Assembly (NCBI GenBank): GCA_963748015.1
Contig: CAVVHE010000008.1
Coordinates: 256,001 to 320,000 of the forward strand
Source of the DNA: Terriglobia bacterium
Lineage (GTDB): Bacteria; Acidobacteriota; Polarisedimenticolia; Polarisedimenticolales; JAIQFR01
Length of the DNA stretch: 64,000 nucleotides
Direction: 5' to 3'
The notes beneath the pieces were generated by a model. That model searched no databases. It was not told the DNA's origin and saw nothing but the letters and a program-made list of their open reading frames with translations. Positions 1 to 10,847 of this stretch are shown piece after piece (position 1 is the first letter of the stretch; every line of letters begins with the position of its first letter). A program made the translations under genes and the position numbers.

Positions 1-419
1 AGGCCCAGATCGTGAACCTCCTGGTCGAGCTGCAGGAGCGTCTCGGCCTCGCGTACCTCTTCATCGCCCACGACTTGCGGGTCGTCGAGCACATCAGCGA
101 CCGGGTCGCGGTGATGTACCTCGGGAGGATCGTCGAGGAGGCGGACGCCGCGTCGCTCTACCGCGAGCCGCTCCACCCCTACACGAAGGCGCTGCTGGCC
201 TCGGCGCCGCGCCCCTCGCCCGGCCCGCCGGCCCCCCCGGCGCTGACCGGCGAGCCCCCCTCGCCGACGAGCCCCCCCTCGGGCTGCCGGTTCCACCCGC
301 GGTGCCCGGTCGCCGACGAGGTCTGCGGGCGCCTCGACCCGGCCCTGCTCCCGGCGGGGGAGAGGCGCAAGGTCGCCTGCCACCGGATCCACCCCCCGGC
401 CGGCAGGCAAGGCTCCTGA
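1..419 (+). CDS. Oligopeptide/dipeptide ABC transporter ATP-binding subunit, C-terminal part (5' end outside window)
   Basis: [37 protein letters not shown] and GCRFHPRCP motifs typical of OppF/DppF C-termini. Confidence 0.9.
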   Translation, partial: AQIVNLLVELQERLGLAYLFIAHDLRVVEHISDRVAVMYLGRIVEEADAASLYREPLHPYTKALLASAPRPSPGPPAPPALTGEPPSPTSPPSGCRFHPRCPVADEVCGRLDPALLPAGERRKVACHRIHPPAGRQGS

Positions 420-494
420 AACCGGGGGTTGCAGCCAAGCGTAATAAATGCGAGAACTTCCAGTTCCGTTCCGGGAGAAGAGGGAGGGTTCGAG

Positions 495-2134
495 GTGAGA
501 CGCATCCTTATCGTGCTGCTGACGGCATGCCTGGTTTCTCTTTCGGCGACTCCGCCGCAGGCCGCCCCGCAGGCCGCGCCTGCGAACGAAGAGAACGGCC
601 TCCGCATGTCCCTGGCGGAATGCCTCCAGAGGGCGCTGGAGAACAACCTGGATCTCGTGATCGCCAGGAAAGAACCCGAAGATCGCCGAGGTGGGTATCG
701 AGACCGAGAAGGCCCCGTTCGATCCGGTCCTGCAAGCTTCAGGTACGTACTCTCGACACCCGCCGAGACCGACAAGAAGACCAGGGACAAGAACCTATCT
801 CGATCCTCCGAACGAAAGCGTGTCCGGTCGAATAGCGCGAGTCCCACGCGACACGCCGCTCCGGGGCGATTTTTCGTTCGGCCAGTTGCTGAAGTTCGGA
901 GGAGCGTACTCGGTCGACTTCACTTACAGCCAATCCAATCCGTCCGCGTCCCTGGTCACCCTCGGGCCCGGGTCTGACCTACCGAGCCGAGAGCAAGTCA
1001 CGGAATTTCGTTCCGACGCTGAGCTTCACGCAGCCGCTCCTGAAGGGGTTCGGCACCGAAGTGAACACGTTCAGCCTTGTTCTCGCGAAAAGCAATTCGC
1101 CATCAGCAAGGAGACCCTCAAACTCAAAGCGCAGACCACCATCCAGCAGGTCGAGAACGCCTACTGGGACCTTCTCGCGGCGCGAAAGCGGCCCAGAACG
1201 TGGCCAAGGAGTCGCTCAAGCTCGCGCAGGACCTCTACGACCTCAACAAGAAGAAGGTGGAGGTCGGGACGCTCGCCCCGATCGAGATCACCCAGGCCGA
1301 GGCGGGCGTTGCGTCCCGCGAGGAAGGCGGTCATCGTCGCCGATACCGCGGTGCAAAACGCGCGAGGACAACTTGCGCATCTGATGGCCGACCCAAGGAC
1401 GATCCGTCGTGGTCCCGACGATTCTCCCGACGGACAGGCCGAAGTACGAGGACCGCAGCGGTGGACACGAGGCCGCTCTGCCAAGGCCCTCGAGCTCCGT
1501 CCCGGAGATCATGACTGCGCGGCAAGAGCTCCAAGACCAGCGAACTTTCCGAGCGAGTCGCGCGGAAGAACGTAAGCACTCGTTGGACTGACGGCCGCAT
1601 GGTCGCCTTACTGGGGAGGAACGAGCAGTACACACGAGTCCGGAACGTGATCAGCTCCGGCACTCGACGCCGATCGTCAGGCAACCGACAGGTACCATCG
1701 AGTCGCCGGGGCTGGAGCGTGAGGCCTCCTGTACGGCGTTCCCGATCCACAATCGCGCGGCCAAGGCGAACTACGCCGATCGCGACGATCAATCGCGAAA
1801 AGCCGAGGTCGACCTGAAGAACACCGAGCAGACGATCCGCGTGGACGTGAGGACTGCGGCGCGCAACGTCGAGTCCGGCGTCAAGCGGGTCGCTGCGGCC
1901 CGCTCGAACACGGTACTCCAGCGAAAGACGGTCGAGGCCGAGCAGAAGAAGTTCGAGAACGGCATGTCCACGTCGTTCGAGGTCCTGAGAATCCAGAACG
2001 ACCTCTTCAGCGCCCAGCTCGCCGAGATCCAGGCGATCCTCTCCTACACCAAGTCGCTCGCCGATCTCGAGCGGGCGCAGGGAACCCTCCTCGAGGCCCG
2101 CGGCCTCAGCCTCGATCCGAAAGCGGGGCACTGA
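495..2134 (+). CDS. TolC-family outer membrane efflux protein, split by several frameshifts (probable sequencing indels)
   Basis: Signal peptide, then LSLAECLQRALENNLDL, VENAYWDLLAA, KVEVGTLAPIEITQAEA and EQKKFENGMSTSFEVL segments spread over different frames; heads an efflux operon. Confidence 0.8.
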
Positions 2135-2136
2135 CC

Positions 2137-2910
2137 ATGGAGGCCACACCGGGATCGACGGGCGCTACGAGCGAGATGGGGGCGGTCTCCCGGCTCTTCA
2201 ACGTTTACTTCTCGCCCGCGAAGACCTTCGAGTCCATCGGCCGGAAGCGCGGATGGGACTGGCTCGTTCCCGTGGTCATCCTCATCGCGCTCAGCATCCT
2301 CGGCGCGCTGATCATCTCGCCGAAGCTCGACGTGGACGACGCGGTCCGCATGCAGATGCAGCGGATCGAGAAGATGCGGCCGGGGATGACGGACGAAGAT
2401 CGCGCGAAGATCGAGGAGGCGTCGCGGAAAGGCATGAAGTCCATGACCAGCGGGCCGTGGCGGTTCATCACGGCCATGTTCGTGCCGATCATGATCTTCT
2501 TCGTGCCGCTGCTCTACCACGGCATCGCGATGGCCTGGGGGAAGGCCACCGGCTATCTCACGGTGGTCGCGGCCTACGCCTACGTGCAGATGGTCCAAGT
2601 GCTCAAGGGGATCCTCATGATCGCCGTGGCGGCGCCGCGGAAGAGCATCGGCATCATGGAGATCAACTCCCTCCTGAAGTCCAACCTCGGCGCCTTCATG
2701 AACCCTGAGACGGCGAGCCGCCCGCTGCTGACCCTCGCATCGAACGTGGACATCTTCGAGATCTGGGCGATCGTGGTCGGCGCGATCGCCCTCTCGCGGG
2801 TCACCCGGCTCTCGCTCAAGGGCGCGACCTTCACGGTCGTCGGTCTCTGGGCCCTCTGGGTCTGTGTTCAGCTCGCGGGCGCCGTGATCGGCGCCGCTTT
2901 CGGCGGGTAG
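2137..2910 (+). CDS. Yip1-family membrane protein
   Basis: [11 protein letters not shown]-terminal motif, several TM helices, located between TolC and the adaptor. Confidence 0.75.
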   Translation: MEATPGSTGATSEMGAVSRLFNVYFSPAKTFESIGRKRGWDWLVPVVILIALSILGALIISPKLDVDDAVRMQMQRIEKMRPGMTDEDRAKIEEASRKGMKSMTSGPWRFITAMFVPIMIFFVPLLYHGIAMAWGKATGYLTVVAAYAYVQMVQVLKGILMIAVAAPRKSIGIMEINSLLKSNLGAFMNPETASRPLLTLASNVDIFEIWAIVVGAIALSRVTRLSLKGATFTVVGLWALWVCVQLAGAVIGAAFGG

Positions 2911-2922
2911 GTCGAGGCGAAG

Positions 2923-4305
2923 GTGACGAATCTCCAGAAATCGCTCGTCGGCGGCGGGGTCGTCGTCGTGCTCGGCGTCATCGTGACCGCCTCCCTCCTC
3001 AGCCGGCAGCAGGCGAAGGGGGAAGAGGTCTACATGTCCAAGGCGGAGAAGAAGGACGTGATCTCCGCCGTCAGCGCGTCGGGACGCATCCAGCCCCGCA
3101 AGAAGGTCAACGTCCAGTCCCAGGTCATGGGCGAGATCGTGAAGCTGCCGGTGAAGGAGGGGGACCCCGTCAAGAGGGACGATCTCCTCGTCCAGCTCAA
3201 GCCCGACCAGTACAAGTCCGAGGTGGACCGGCTCGAGGCGAATCTCCGCATGGGACGGATCGCCCTGGAGCAGCAGGAGGTTGCGCTCGAGAACAGCCGC
3301 CGGACCTTGAAGCGGAATCGCGCGCTCTACGCCGACCAGCTGATCTCCCCCGAGATCCTCGAGAAGAACGAGCTGGAGGTGAAGAGCGGCGAGATCAACC
3401 TCAAGAGCCTCAACGAGCAGATCTCGCAGTCCGAGGCGAGCCTCGCCACCGCCAGGGACTGGCTGCGGAAGACCACCATCGTCTCGCCGATCGACGGGAT
3501 CGTGACCCTGCTCAACGCGGAGCTGGGCGAGATGACGCTCACCGGCACGATGAACAACCCGGGAACGGTGATCATGGTGGTCTCCGACATGGGCGAGGTC
3601 CTCGCCGAGGTGGACGTGGACGAGACCCGCGTGGTCCAGGTCCAGCCGGGGCAGACGGCGCGGGTGACCGTGGACGCGGTCGGCGAGACGCACCCCTACG
3701 ACGGCACGGTCTCGGAGATCGGCGGGACGGCGACGACGCGGTCCGGACAGCAGGTTCTCGTCTTCCCGGTCAAGATCGCGCTGGCCAAGCCCGACGCGTC
3801 GCTCCGGCCCGGCATGACCGCGAAGGCTCGGATCGAGACGAAGCGCGCCGACGGCGCCGTCACGGTCCCGATCCAGGCGGTGCTCATGCGCCCGGTGGCC
3901 GAGGTGGACAAGCTGCTCGCCGAGCGGGCCAAGGGCGGCAAGGGCAAGGGCGGCTCCGAACCCAAGCCGGCGGCCGGCGAGGCCAAGGCGGCCGAGGGCG
4001 CCGCGACGGGCTCGCCCGCCGTGGCGGTCGCCGCGGCCGCGAAGACGGGCCTCGCGGCCTCCGACATGCGCGAGGTCGTGCTGAAGGTGGTCGACGGGAA
4101 GACGGTTCTCGTTCCGGTCAAGACCGGCATCAGCGACGAGACCCACGTCGTGATCCTCGAGGGGGTCGCGGTCGGGGACACCGTGGTCACCGGCCCCTAC
4201 CGCGCGACGAAGAAGCTCAAGGACGGCGAAGCGGTCAAGGAATCGAGCGGCAAGACGAAGGGCAAGGACGAAGAGGGCTCCGGGAGCGAGTCCGGCATCG
4301 ACTGA
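2923..4305 (+). CDS. Efflux periplasmic adaptor subunit (MacA/HlyD-like)
   Basis: N-terminal anchor, SASGRIQP, lipoyl-like [13 protein letters not shown], coiled coil, LRPGMTA. Confidence 0.9.
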   Translation: MTNLQKSLVGGGVVVVLGVIVTASLLSRQQAKGEEVYMSKAEKKDVISAVSASGRIQPRKKVNVQSQVMGEIVKLPVKEGDPVKRDDLLVQLKPDQYKSEVDRLEANLRMGRIALEQQEVALENSRRTLKRNRALYADQLISPEILEKNELEVKSGEINLKSLNEQISQSEASLATARDWLRKTTIVSPIDGIVTLLNAELGEMTLTGTMNNPGTVIMVVSDMGEVLAEVDVDETRVVQVQPGQTARVTVDAVGETHPYDGTVSEIGGTATTRSGQQVLVFPVKIALAKPDASLRPGMTAKARIETKRADGAVTVPIQAVLMRPVAEVDKLLAERAKGGKGKGGSEPKPAAGEAKAAEGAATGSPAVAVAAAAKTGLAASDMREVVLKVVDGKTVLVPVKTGISDETHVVILEGVAVGDTVVTGPYRATKKLKDGEAVKESSGKTKGKDEEGSGSESGID

Positions 4306-4334
4306 CGCCCGCGCGGGCGAGACGAAGGCGCGAG

Positions 4335-5051
4335 ATGGAATCGCTGATCATCCTCGACGACGTCCACAAGAACTACGACATGGGCCAGGCCCAGGTGAAC
4401 GCCCTGGACGGGGTCTCGATCGAGATCCAGAAGGGCGACTACGTCGCGGTCATGGGGCCGTCCGGCTCGGGGAAATCTACCCTGATGAACCTGATCGGCT
4501 GCCTCGACTCCCCGACGACCGGCTCGTACCGCCTCAAGGGGCAGGAGATCGGCGCCCTCGTGGACGACGACCTGGCGAGGATCCGCAACCGCGAGATCGG
4601 CTTCATCTTCCAGACGTTCAACCTCCTCCCCAGGACCGACGCGCTGCAGAACGTCGAGCTGCCGCTGATCTACTCCGGCGTCTCGAGGCGCGAGCGTCAC
4701 GAGCGCGCCAAGCACGCGCTCGAAGCGGTGGGCCTCGCCGACCGGATGCACCACCGCCCCAACGAGATGTCGGGCGGGCAGCGCCAGCGCGTCGCGATCG
4801 CCCGCGCGCTCGTGAACAACCCCGCGATCCTCCTCGCGGACGAGCCGACGGGGAACCTCGACTCGCGCACGGGCGACGAGATCATGGCGCTCGTCGACAA
4901 GCTCCACGCCGACGGGAACACGCTGATCCTCGTGACCCACGAGGACGACCTCGCGAGGCGCGCGGGTCGCGTGATCCGCCTCCGCGACGGCAAGATCTTG
5001 TCGGACACCCTGAATCACCGCGACGGGACCCCCGCAAGCGCCGGTGCGTGA
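4335..5051 (+). CDS. ABC transporter ATP-binding protein (MacB/LolD-like)
   Basis: [36 protein letters not shown]. Confidence 0.95.
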   Translation: MESLIILDDVHKNYDMGQAQVNALDGVSIEIQKGDYVAVMGPSGSGKSTLMNLIGCLDSPTTGSYRLKGQEIGALVDDDLARIRNREIGFIFQTFNLLPRTDALQNVELPLIYSGVSRRERHERAKHALEAVGLADRMHHRPNEMSGGQRQRVAIARALVNNPAILLADEPTGNLDSRTGDEIMALVDKLHADGNTLILVTHEDDLARRAGRVIRLRDGKILSDTLNHRDGTPASAGA

Positions 5052-5054
5052 CCC

Positions 5055-6269
5055 GTGTTCCTCGAAAACCTGATCGTCGCGCTGAAGTCGCTCTGGTCGA
5101 ACAAGATGCGGTCGTTCCTCACGACGCTGGGGATCGTCATCGGCGTCGCGGCGGTCATCGCGGTCGTGTCGATCGTCCAGGGCTTCAGCCAGGTCATCAC
5201 GGCCGAGATCGAGAACCTCGGATCCAACTCGGTCGTCATCGGGCCGCGGCGGCCTTCCGGCAAGGAGGGCGAGAAGCTCTCTCGCGTCGAGCTGACGTAC
5301 GAGGACGGACTGGCGCTCGTGGCGGCGAGCCGCTACGTCGAGGCGGTCGCGCCGATCATCCAGCAGTTCGGCCGCGTCAAGGCGGGGGAGGAGTCGGGCG
5401 ACTTCCCGGTGATCGGCACCACGCCGATCTTCCAGGACCTGCGGAACTACTACGTGGAGAGCGGCCGCTTCTTCAGCGCGGTGGACGATCGCGAGCGCCA
5501 GAAGGTCTGCGTGGTCGGCCACGGCCTGCTGAAGGAGCTGAAGCTGCCGGCGAATCCCCTCGGGCGCACCCTCACGGTGGCCGGCGACGCGTACCGGATC
5601 ATCGGCGTCATGGAGGCCAAGGGGCAGCTCCTCGGCCAGGACTTCGACAAGTTCGTGATGATCCCCTTCGGCACCGCGGTGGGCGTGTACGGCGACAACG
5701 TCTCGAAGCAGGTGGCCCTGCTCGTCCACGTGAAGGCCGCCGCCAACGTGGATCGCGCCACGGCCGAGATGGAGAACTTCCTGAGGATCCGCCACCGTCT
5801 CCGCTCCGACCAGCCCAACGACTTCGAGATCACCTCCCAGACCCAGATCCTGAAGTCGTTCAGCAAGTTCGCGAACGGCGTGACCTACGTGGTGGCCGGC
5901 GTCGTCTCGATCGCGCTCCTCGTCGGCGGCATCGGGATCATGAACATCATGCTGGTGTCGGTCACCGAGCGGACGCGGGAGATCGGCGTCCGGAAGGCGG
6001 TCGGCGCGCGGCGCTCGCACATCATGGTGCAGTTCGTGATCGAGGCCGTGGTGCTCGCGCTGATGGGCGGAATGGTCGGGATCTTCCTGGGGGTCCTCAC
6101 CGGGATGCTCGCCGCCAAGCTGATCCCGAACTGGCCCGGCGCCTTCGTCCCGGTCTGGGCCGTCGTTCTCTCGTTCGGCTTCTCCTCCGCGGTCGGTCTG
6201 TTCTTCGGCATCTACCCCGCCGCCAAGGCCGCGCGCCTCGACCCGATCGAGTCCCTCCGCTACGAGTAG
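5055..6269 (+). CDS. ABC transporter permease (MacB/FtsX-like)
   Basis: RSFLTTLGIVIGVAAV, GGIGIMNIMLVSVTERTREIG, PAAKAARLDPIESLRYE. Confidence 0.95.
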   Translation: MFLENLIVALKSLWSNKMRSFLTTLGIVIGVAAVIAVVSIVQGFSQVITAEIENLGSNSVVIGPRRPSGKEGEKLSRVELTYEDGLALVAASRYVEAVAPIIQQFGRVKAGEESGDFPVIGTTPIFQDLRNYYVESGRFFSAVDDRERQKVCVVGHGLLKELKLPANPLGRTLTVAGDAYRIIGVMEAKGQLLGQDFDKFVMIPFGTAVGVYGDNVSKQVALLVHVKAAANVDRATAEMENFLRIRHRLRSDQPNDFEITSQTQILKSFSKFANGVTYVVAGVVSIALLVGGIGIMNIMLVSVTERTREIGVRKAVGARRSHIMVQFVIEAVVLALMGGMVGIFLGVLTGMLAAKLIPNWPGAFVPVWAVVLSFGFSSAVGLFFGIYPAAKAARLDPIESLRYE

Positions 6270-6303
6270 GCCGCCCGCGCGCGGCTTCCGGACAGGCCTG
6301 TTT

Positions 6304-6332
6304 TTGACAGTCCCCGGGGCGCGGGATACCAT
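6304..6332 (+). promoter_or_regulatory. Putative sigma70 promoter of the exbB-exbD-exbD-tonB operon
   Basis: TTGACA (6304-6309), 17 nt spacer, TACCAT (6327-6332). Confidence 0.6.
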
Positions 6333-6357
6333 CCCAAGAGGCGTGGGAGGGATTCGA

Positions 6358-7011
6358 GTGGACATCTTCGGGAGCTTGCCGGGGGCGCTTTGGAAGCACT
6401 ACCTGGCCGGCGGTTTCGCCATGCACCCGATCACCCTCTGCTCGCTCGTCGCGCTCGCCGCCATCGTCTACAAGCTGATCGTCTTTCGCCGCGCCCGCAT
6501 GGACACGGGAGAGTTCCTCGCGAGCATCCGCGCGGCGCTCCTCGACGGGAGGGTGAAGGAGGCGGTGGAGACCTGCCGCCGCCACCGCGGTCCCGTCGCC
6601 GTCTCCGTGAGGGCCGGCCTCCTCAAGCACGGCGCGCCGCCCGAAGTGGTGGACCGCGCGATGGAGCACGCCGCGCTCGCCGAGATCGCGTACCTCGAGC
6701 GGTACCTCCCGCTCCTCGCGAGCATCACCGCCATCGCCCCGCTGCTGGGGTTCCTCGGCACCGTGACCGGGCTCATCGTCGCCTTCGACGCGGTCTCCGA
6801 GCAGGGGCTCGGCAACCCCGGCGTCGTCGCGCAGGGGATGTCGGTCGCCCTGCACGCGACGGCGTGGGGGCTGGTCGTCGCCTTCGTGACCAAGGCTTTC
6901 CACGATTACTTCTCCAACCGCGTCGGCACCCACGCCCGCGAGATGGAGATCGCCGCGTGCGCCGTCGTCGAGACCTTCTCCGACGTGGAGCGGATCGGAA
7001 CGAAGGTCTGA
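6358..7011 (+). CDS. exbB: MotA/TolQ/ExbB proton channel family protein
   Basis: APLLGFLGTVTGLI and GMSVALHATAWGL motifs; GTG start after GGAGG. Confidence 0.85.
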   Translation: MDIFGSLPGALWKHYLAGGFAMHPITLCSLVALAAIVYKLIVFRRARMDTGEFLASIRAALLDGRVKEAVETCRRHRGPVAVSVRAGLLKHGAPPEVVDRAMEHAALAEIAYLERYLPLLASITAIAPLLGFLGTVTGLIVAFDAVSEQGLGNPGVVAQGMSVALHATAWGLVVAFVTKAFHDYFSNRVGTHAREMEIAACAVVETFSDVERIGTKV

Positions 7012-7469
7012 AGCCTTCGCTCCGCCGCGCCACGGGTGCCGGGGGCGGCGTCTTGGCCGTGCCGCTGGCGACCCTCGCTGCCCTGCTCGCGCCTTTCCTC
7101 CTCCTGGCGCTCGTTTCCGAGGCGGACCGCAGCCGCGTGGGCCTCCCGGTTTCGGAGATCCGCGTCGCCGCTCCTCGCGGGGCCGCGTGCGTCGTGATCG
7201 CGAGGGAGGCCGGAGAGGAGCAGTGGGGGAGTCTCGTCTACCGGTTCACGGACGGGCGGGAGGCGAGCCGCCGCCTCGGCGGGCCCACCGACATCTTCCT
7301 CGCCGCCCTGCGGGTGGTCGCGGAGGACCCCGACCGGCCGTTCGCGATCAAGGCGGACGCCGGCGTGCGGTACGGTCTCGTGGACGACGTGCTGGAGCAG
7401 CTCCGCAAGGCGGGCGTCCGCGAGCTGGTCCTCCTCACCGGGCCGCCGCCGAAGGGGCCGGCGTCATGA
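7008..7469 (+). CDS. ExbD/TolR-like protein (divergent; start codon uncertain)
   Basis: One N-terminal TM helix, C-terminal IKADAGVRYGLVDDVLEQLRKAGV; follows exbB. Confidence 0.7.
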   Translation: MKPSLRRATGAGGGVLAVPLATLAALLAPFLLLALVSEADRSRVGLPVSEIRVAAPRGAACVVIAREAGEEQWGSLVYRFTDGREASRRLGGPTDIFLAALRVVAEDPDRPFAIKADAGVRYGLVDDVLEQLRKAGVRELVLLTGPPPKGPAS

Positions 7470-7960
7470 GGCTGCGCACCGGAGGAAGCCGCGCGGACAT
7501 CCCCGCCGCCCCGGCCGCGGCGCTGTCCCTGCTCCTGATCCTGCTCGTGGGGCTCTCGGCGGCGTTTTCCTCGGATCGTGGCCTGGTGGTGCGGCTCGGG
7601 GGCAGGACGGAGCGCGCGACGCTGCCCGAGCCGGCCGCGGCGGTGTTCCTCTCGGTGCTGCCGGACGCCTCGCTGGTCCTCGATGGCGAGCCGGTGCCGC
7701 TCGAGCTGCTCCTCTCCCGGGTCGAGTCGAAGATCGGCCGGCACGCGTCGAGACCCGTCGTCCTCCACGTCACGGACGATGCGCCGTACGCGATGATGGT
7801 CGCGGTCGTGGACCGCCTCGCGCGGGGGGATGCCGCGACGGGATTCAGGGTGCGCCGCCTGATGATCCCCACCCACGCGGAGATCCGGGACTGGGCGAGG
7901 GCGCTCGGACGCGATCCGTTCGGCACGGGGGCCGCGGCGGTCGCCGAGGACCATCCGTGA
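7466..7960 (+). CDS. Second ExbD/TolR-like protein (divergent)
   Basis: ATGA overlap with previous stop, TM helix, VVLHVTDDAPYAMMVAVVDRL. Confidence 0.7.
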   Translation: MRLRTGGSRADIPAAPAAALSLLLILLVGLSAAFSSDRGLVVRLGGRTERATLPEPAAAVFLSVLPDASLVLDGEPVPLELLLSRVESKIGRHASRPVVLHVTDDAPYAMMVAVVDRLARGDAATGFRVRRLMIPTHAEIRDWARALGRDPFGTGAAAVAEDHP

Positions 7961-8712
7961 TCCCCGAAACGGGCGACCTGCGCCTCGAGGAGCGGCTTCG
8001 CGCGACCGGCGAGCACCATCTCTCGCTGCTCCACCGCGGCGAGGGAGGACGGCTCGGCGCGGCGATCGCGGCCGCGGTGGCGATCCACGCCGCGGCGTTC
8101 CTGATCCCGTTCCCCGAGGCCGGATCGAGCCGCTCTCCGGCGCCGCGTCCCGCCGTTCGCAAGGCGGTCGAGGCACAGGCGGTGGTTCCCGGGCCGCCGG
8201 AGCTCCCGCGCGCGGCTCCTCCGGCCCGCGAGGCTCCGGGGACCCCGGCCGTCGCCGCGGTCCGGCCCGCTTCCATTTCGCGGGCTCCGGCGCCGGCTCC
8301 GCTGCCCGACGTGCTCGAGCCGCTCGTGGAGTCCGAGCAGGAGATGGCGCCGGACGAACTCCCCTCGGATGTCGCGATTCTCCTCGGCGCCCCCGAGCCG
8401 CCGCCGGCGGGCCCGTCGCCGGTCGAGACCGGGGTCGCGACGGCTCCGGAGCTGATCCCGGAGTCCCGCGTCCGGCCGGTCTTCCCTCAGCGCGCGCGCC
8501 AGCTCGGCGTCTCCGGCACCGTCCTTCTCGGCGTCGGCGTTCTCGCCGACGGCACCGTCGGCGCGATCGCGGTGCTGCGCTGCACGCCGCCCGACGTCGG
8601 CTTCTGCCAGTCGGCCGTGAGGGCGGTGAAGCGCTGGCGCTACCGCCCGGCCCTGCACGACGGGAGGCCGGTGCAGACGTACGTCACCGTGCAAGTGGAC
8701 TTCGTGCCATGA
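7957..8712 (+). CDS. TonB-family energy transducer
   Basis: TM helix with His (AIHAA), Pro-rich linker, TonB C-terminal domain (PVFPQRARQLGVSGTV...WRYRPA). Confidence 0.85.
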   Translation: MIPETGDLRLEERLRATGEHHLSLLHRGEGGRLGAAIAAAVAIHAAAFLIPFPEAGSSRSPAPRPAVRKAVEAQAVVPGPPELPRAAPPAREAPGTPAVAAVRPASISRAPAPAPLPDVLEPLVESEQEMAPDELPSDVAILLGAPEPPPAGPSPVETGVATAPELIPESRVRPVFPQRARQLGVSGTVLLGVGVLADGTVGAIAVLRCTPPDVGFCQSAVRAVKRWRYRPALHDGRPVQTYVTVQVDFVP

Positions 8713-9782
8713 AGGGACGCCGACTCGTCCTGCTCGCGGCGATTGCGGCGCCGCTCCTCCTCGCCGGCGGGACGGCGCGCGCGGATTTCGACCAGGCGAT
8801 CGGGTACTTCAAGGCGGGGAAGTTCCTCGAGGCCGCGGCCCAGTTCCAGGGGATGGTGGATGCGGCTCCGGGATACGACTACGGCCAGTACATGCTGGGA
8901 CACTGCCTGCTTCGCATCGGACGTCCTGCGGACGCGGAGCTCCATTTCCGCAAGGCGATCGAGCTTCGCGGCGACAAGCCGGAGTACCGCCACGGTCTCG
9001 CGGTGGCGCTCAAGGACCAGCGCCGCTACGGAATGGCCGTCGCCGTGCTCTCGGACAGGACGCCGCTGGTGCACGACCCGCGGACCGCGTACGCCTTCCT
9101 CGCGCTGCGGGGATACCTCTTTGCGGCGCTGAGGCGCTGGCCGGACGCCGCGGGCGACCTCGAGCGGGCGGTATCGCTCAAGCGGGATCCGACGCTCCTG
9201 GTCCTCCTGGGGAAGTCGTACTTCTCCCTCGGGCGCTACGACCGCGCGGCGGCGGCGTTCGCTGCGGCGATCGACGGGGTTCCCGGCGACCCGCAGCCGG
9301 TGCGGCTGCTCTCGGAGTCGCTCCTGCAGCTGGCCGCCGCTACTCCCGCCCCCGCGAGAAAGAAGGCGCTCTACTCGAACGCCATGGAAATCGCGGAGCG
9401 GCTGCGGCAGCTCACCCCGGACGATCTGGAGGCGATGGCCGTCCTCGGCCGCGCCGCGCTGGGAGCCGGGCAGTACACGGTGGCCGAGGGGGCCTTTCGG
9501 ACGGTGCTCGCCTCCCGTCCCGGAGCGTGCCACACGATGGTCAACCTCTCGCGGGCCCTCGTCGCGCAGGACCGCACCCGCGAGGCGGAGCAGACGCTCG
9601 GCGACGCCTCGAGGTGCGCCCCGACGATGCCGGAGGTCCACGAGGGGCTCGGCCGCGTGTACTACCGGCAGCAGAGGTTCTCCCTGGCGCTCGAGGCGTT
9701 CCGGCGGGCCAACGAAATCCAGCCGTCCAGCGCGGCACGCTCCGGCATCGAGGCGGTCCAGGCCAAGCTCGACGGCCGCTGA
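8709..9782 (+). CDS. Exported tetratricopeptide repeat protein
   Basis: Signal peptide and multiple TPR-like helical repeats. Confidence 0.8.
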   Translation: MKGRRLVLLAAIAAPLLLAGGTARADFDQAIGYFKAGKFLEAAAQFQGMVDAAPGYDYGQYMLGHCLLRIGRPADAELHFRKAIELRGDKPEYRHGLAVALKDQRRYGMAVAVLSDRTPLVHDPRTAYAFLALRGYLFAALRRWPDAAGDLERAVSLKRDPTLLVLLGKSYFSLGRYDRAAAAFAAAIDGVPGDPQPVRLLSESLLQLAAATPAPARKKALYSNAMEIAERLRQLTPDDLEAMAVLGRAALGAGQYTVAEGAFRTVLASRPGACHTMVNLSRALVAQDRTREAEQTLGDASRCAPTMPEVHEGLGRVYYRQQRFSLALEAFRRANEIQPSSAARSGIEAVQAKLDGR

Positions 9783-9860
9783 CCTTCGCGCCGAGGCCTC
9801 CGGGACGGCGCGCCGATCGTTCCAACCCTATGACGCGGCGAGGCTTTTCCCCGAGTCGCA

Positions 9861-9890
9861 TTGACACTTTTTCGAGCGCTGTGTTAGAGT
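9861..9890 (+). promoter_or_regulatory. Putative sigma70 promoter of the nuo operon
   Basis: TTGACA at 9861 and TG-n-TAGAGT at 9882-9890. Confidence 0.5.
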
Positions 9891-9994
9891 CCCCGGCCCG
9901 GCTCCGCGAGATAAAAGGACGATCCTCGACGGTCTCTCCCCTCCGCGGGGAACGGCGCGTTGCGCCAGGAGACCAGCGGGCGGAGGAGAGCCTC

Positions 9995-10363
9995 GTGAGC
10001 GACAGCCTGGTGCCGGTTTTCCTCGCCCTGGTCGCGGCGGTGGCGATCGCCGGGGCATTCCTGCTCCTCTCCCACCTCCTCGGCCGGCCGAAGAAGTCCC
10101 TGGTGGACCGCGCGCCCTACGAGTGCGGCTCGCGGCCGTTCGCCCCCGCGCAGTCGCACCGCTACTCCGTCAAGTTCTACCTCGTCGCGATGCTCTTCAT
10201 CCTGTTCGACATCGAGGCGGCGTTCCTCTATCCCTGGGCGGTGACGTTCCGCGGCTTCGCGGACGACAAGCTCTTCGTGCTCGGCGAGATGGCGGTCTTC
10301 CTCGGGATCCTCGTGATCGGGTTCGTCTACGTCTGGCGCCGCGGCGCCCTCGAGTGGGACTGA
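9995..10363 (+). CDS. nuoA: NADH-quinone oxidoreductase subunit A
   Basis: PYECG, KFYLVAMLFILFDIEAAFLYPWA, GALEWD; GTG start after GGAGGAG. Confidence 0.95.
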   Translation: MSDSLVPVFLALVAAVAIAGAFLLLSHLLGRPKKSLVDRAPYECGSRPFAPAQSHRYSVKFYLVAMLFILFDIEAAFLYPWAVTFRGFADDKLFVLGEMAVFLGILVIGFVYVWRRGALEWD

Positions 10364-10366
10364 GCC

Positions 10367-10825
10367 ATGGCCGACGGGGCGAAGGCCGTCGACGGCATCC
10401 GGGCGAAGTTCCCCGGCGCGCTGGCCGGCGCGGGGGAGTTCCGCGATCAGCACTGGGCGGTCGTGCGGCGGGAGAGCCTGCAGGAGGTCTGCCGCTGGCT
10501 GCGCGACGACCGCGAGACGGCGTACGACCTCCTTCTCGACGCGACCGCGACCCACTGGCCCGACGACCCCGAGCCGTTCGAGCTGGTCTATCACCTCTAC
10601 AGCACGTCGCGGAACGACCGGCTGCGGCTCAAGGTCCGCCTGCGCGAAGGAGAGGCGGTCCCGACGCTCTCGGGCCTCTGGGCGTCGGCCGACTGGAACG
10701 AGCGGGAGACCTACGACATGTTCGGGATCGCCTTCGAGGGACATCCCGACCTGCGACGCATCCTGATGCCCGACGACTACACGGATTTCCCGCTCCGCAA
10801 GGAGTTCCCGCTCTACCGCGGGTAA
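10367..10825 (+). CDS. nuoC: NADH-quinone oxidoreductase subunit C
   Basis: [36 protein letters not shown]. Confidence 0.95.
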   Translation: MADGAKAVDGIRAKFPGALAGAGEFRDQHWAVVRRESLQEVCRWLRDDRETAYDLLLDATATHWPDDPEPFELVYHLYSTSRNDRLRLKVRLREGEAVPTLSGLWASADWNERETYDMFGIAFEGHPDLRRILMPDDYTDFPLRKEFPLYRG

Positions 10826-10847
10826 GCGCGGACGCGCCGGACGGATC

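Noticed and set aside
2044..6365. Long antisense ORFs (700 and 722 aa), and similar ones across the window
   Set aside because: Shadow frames opposite well-supported genes, with no recognisable motifs.
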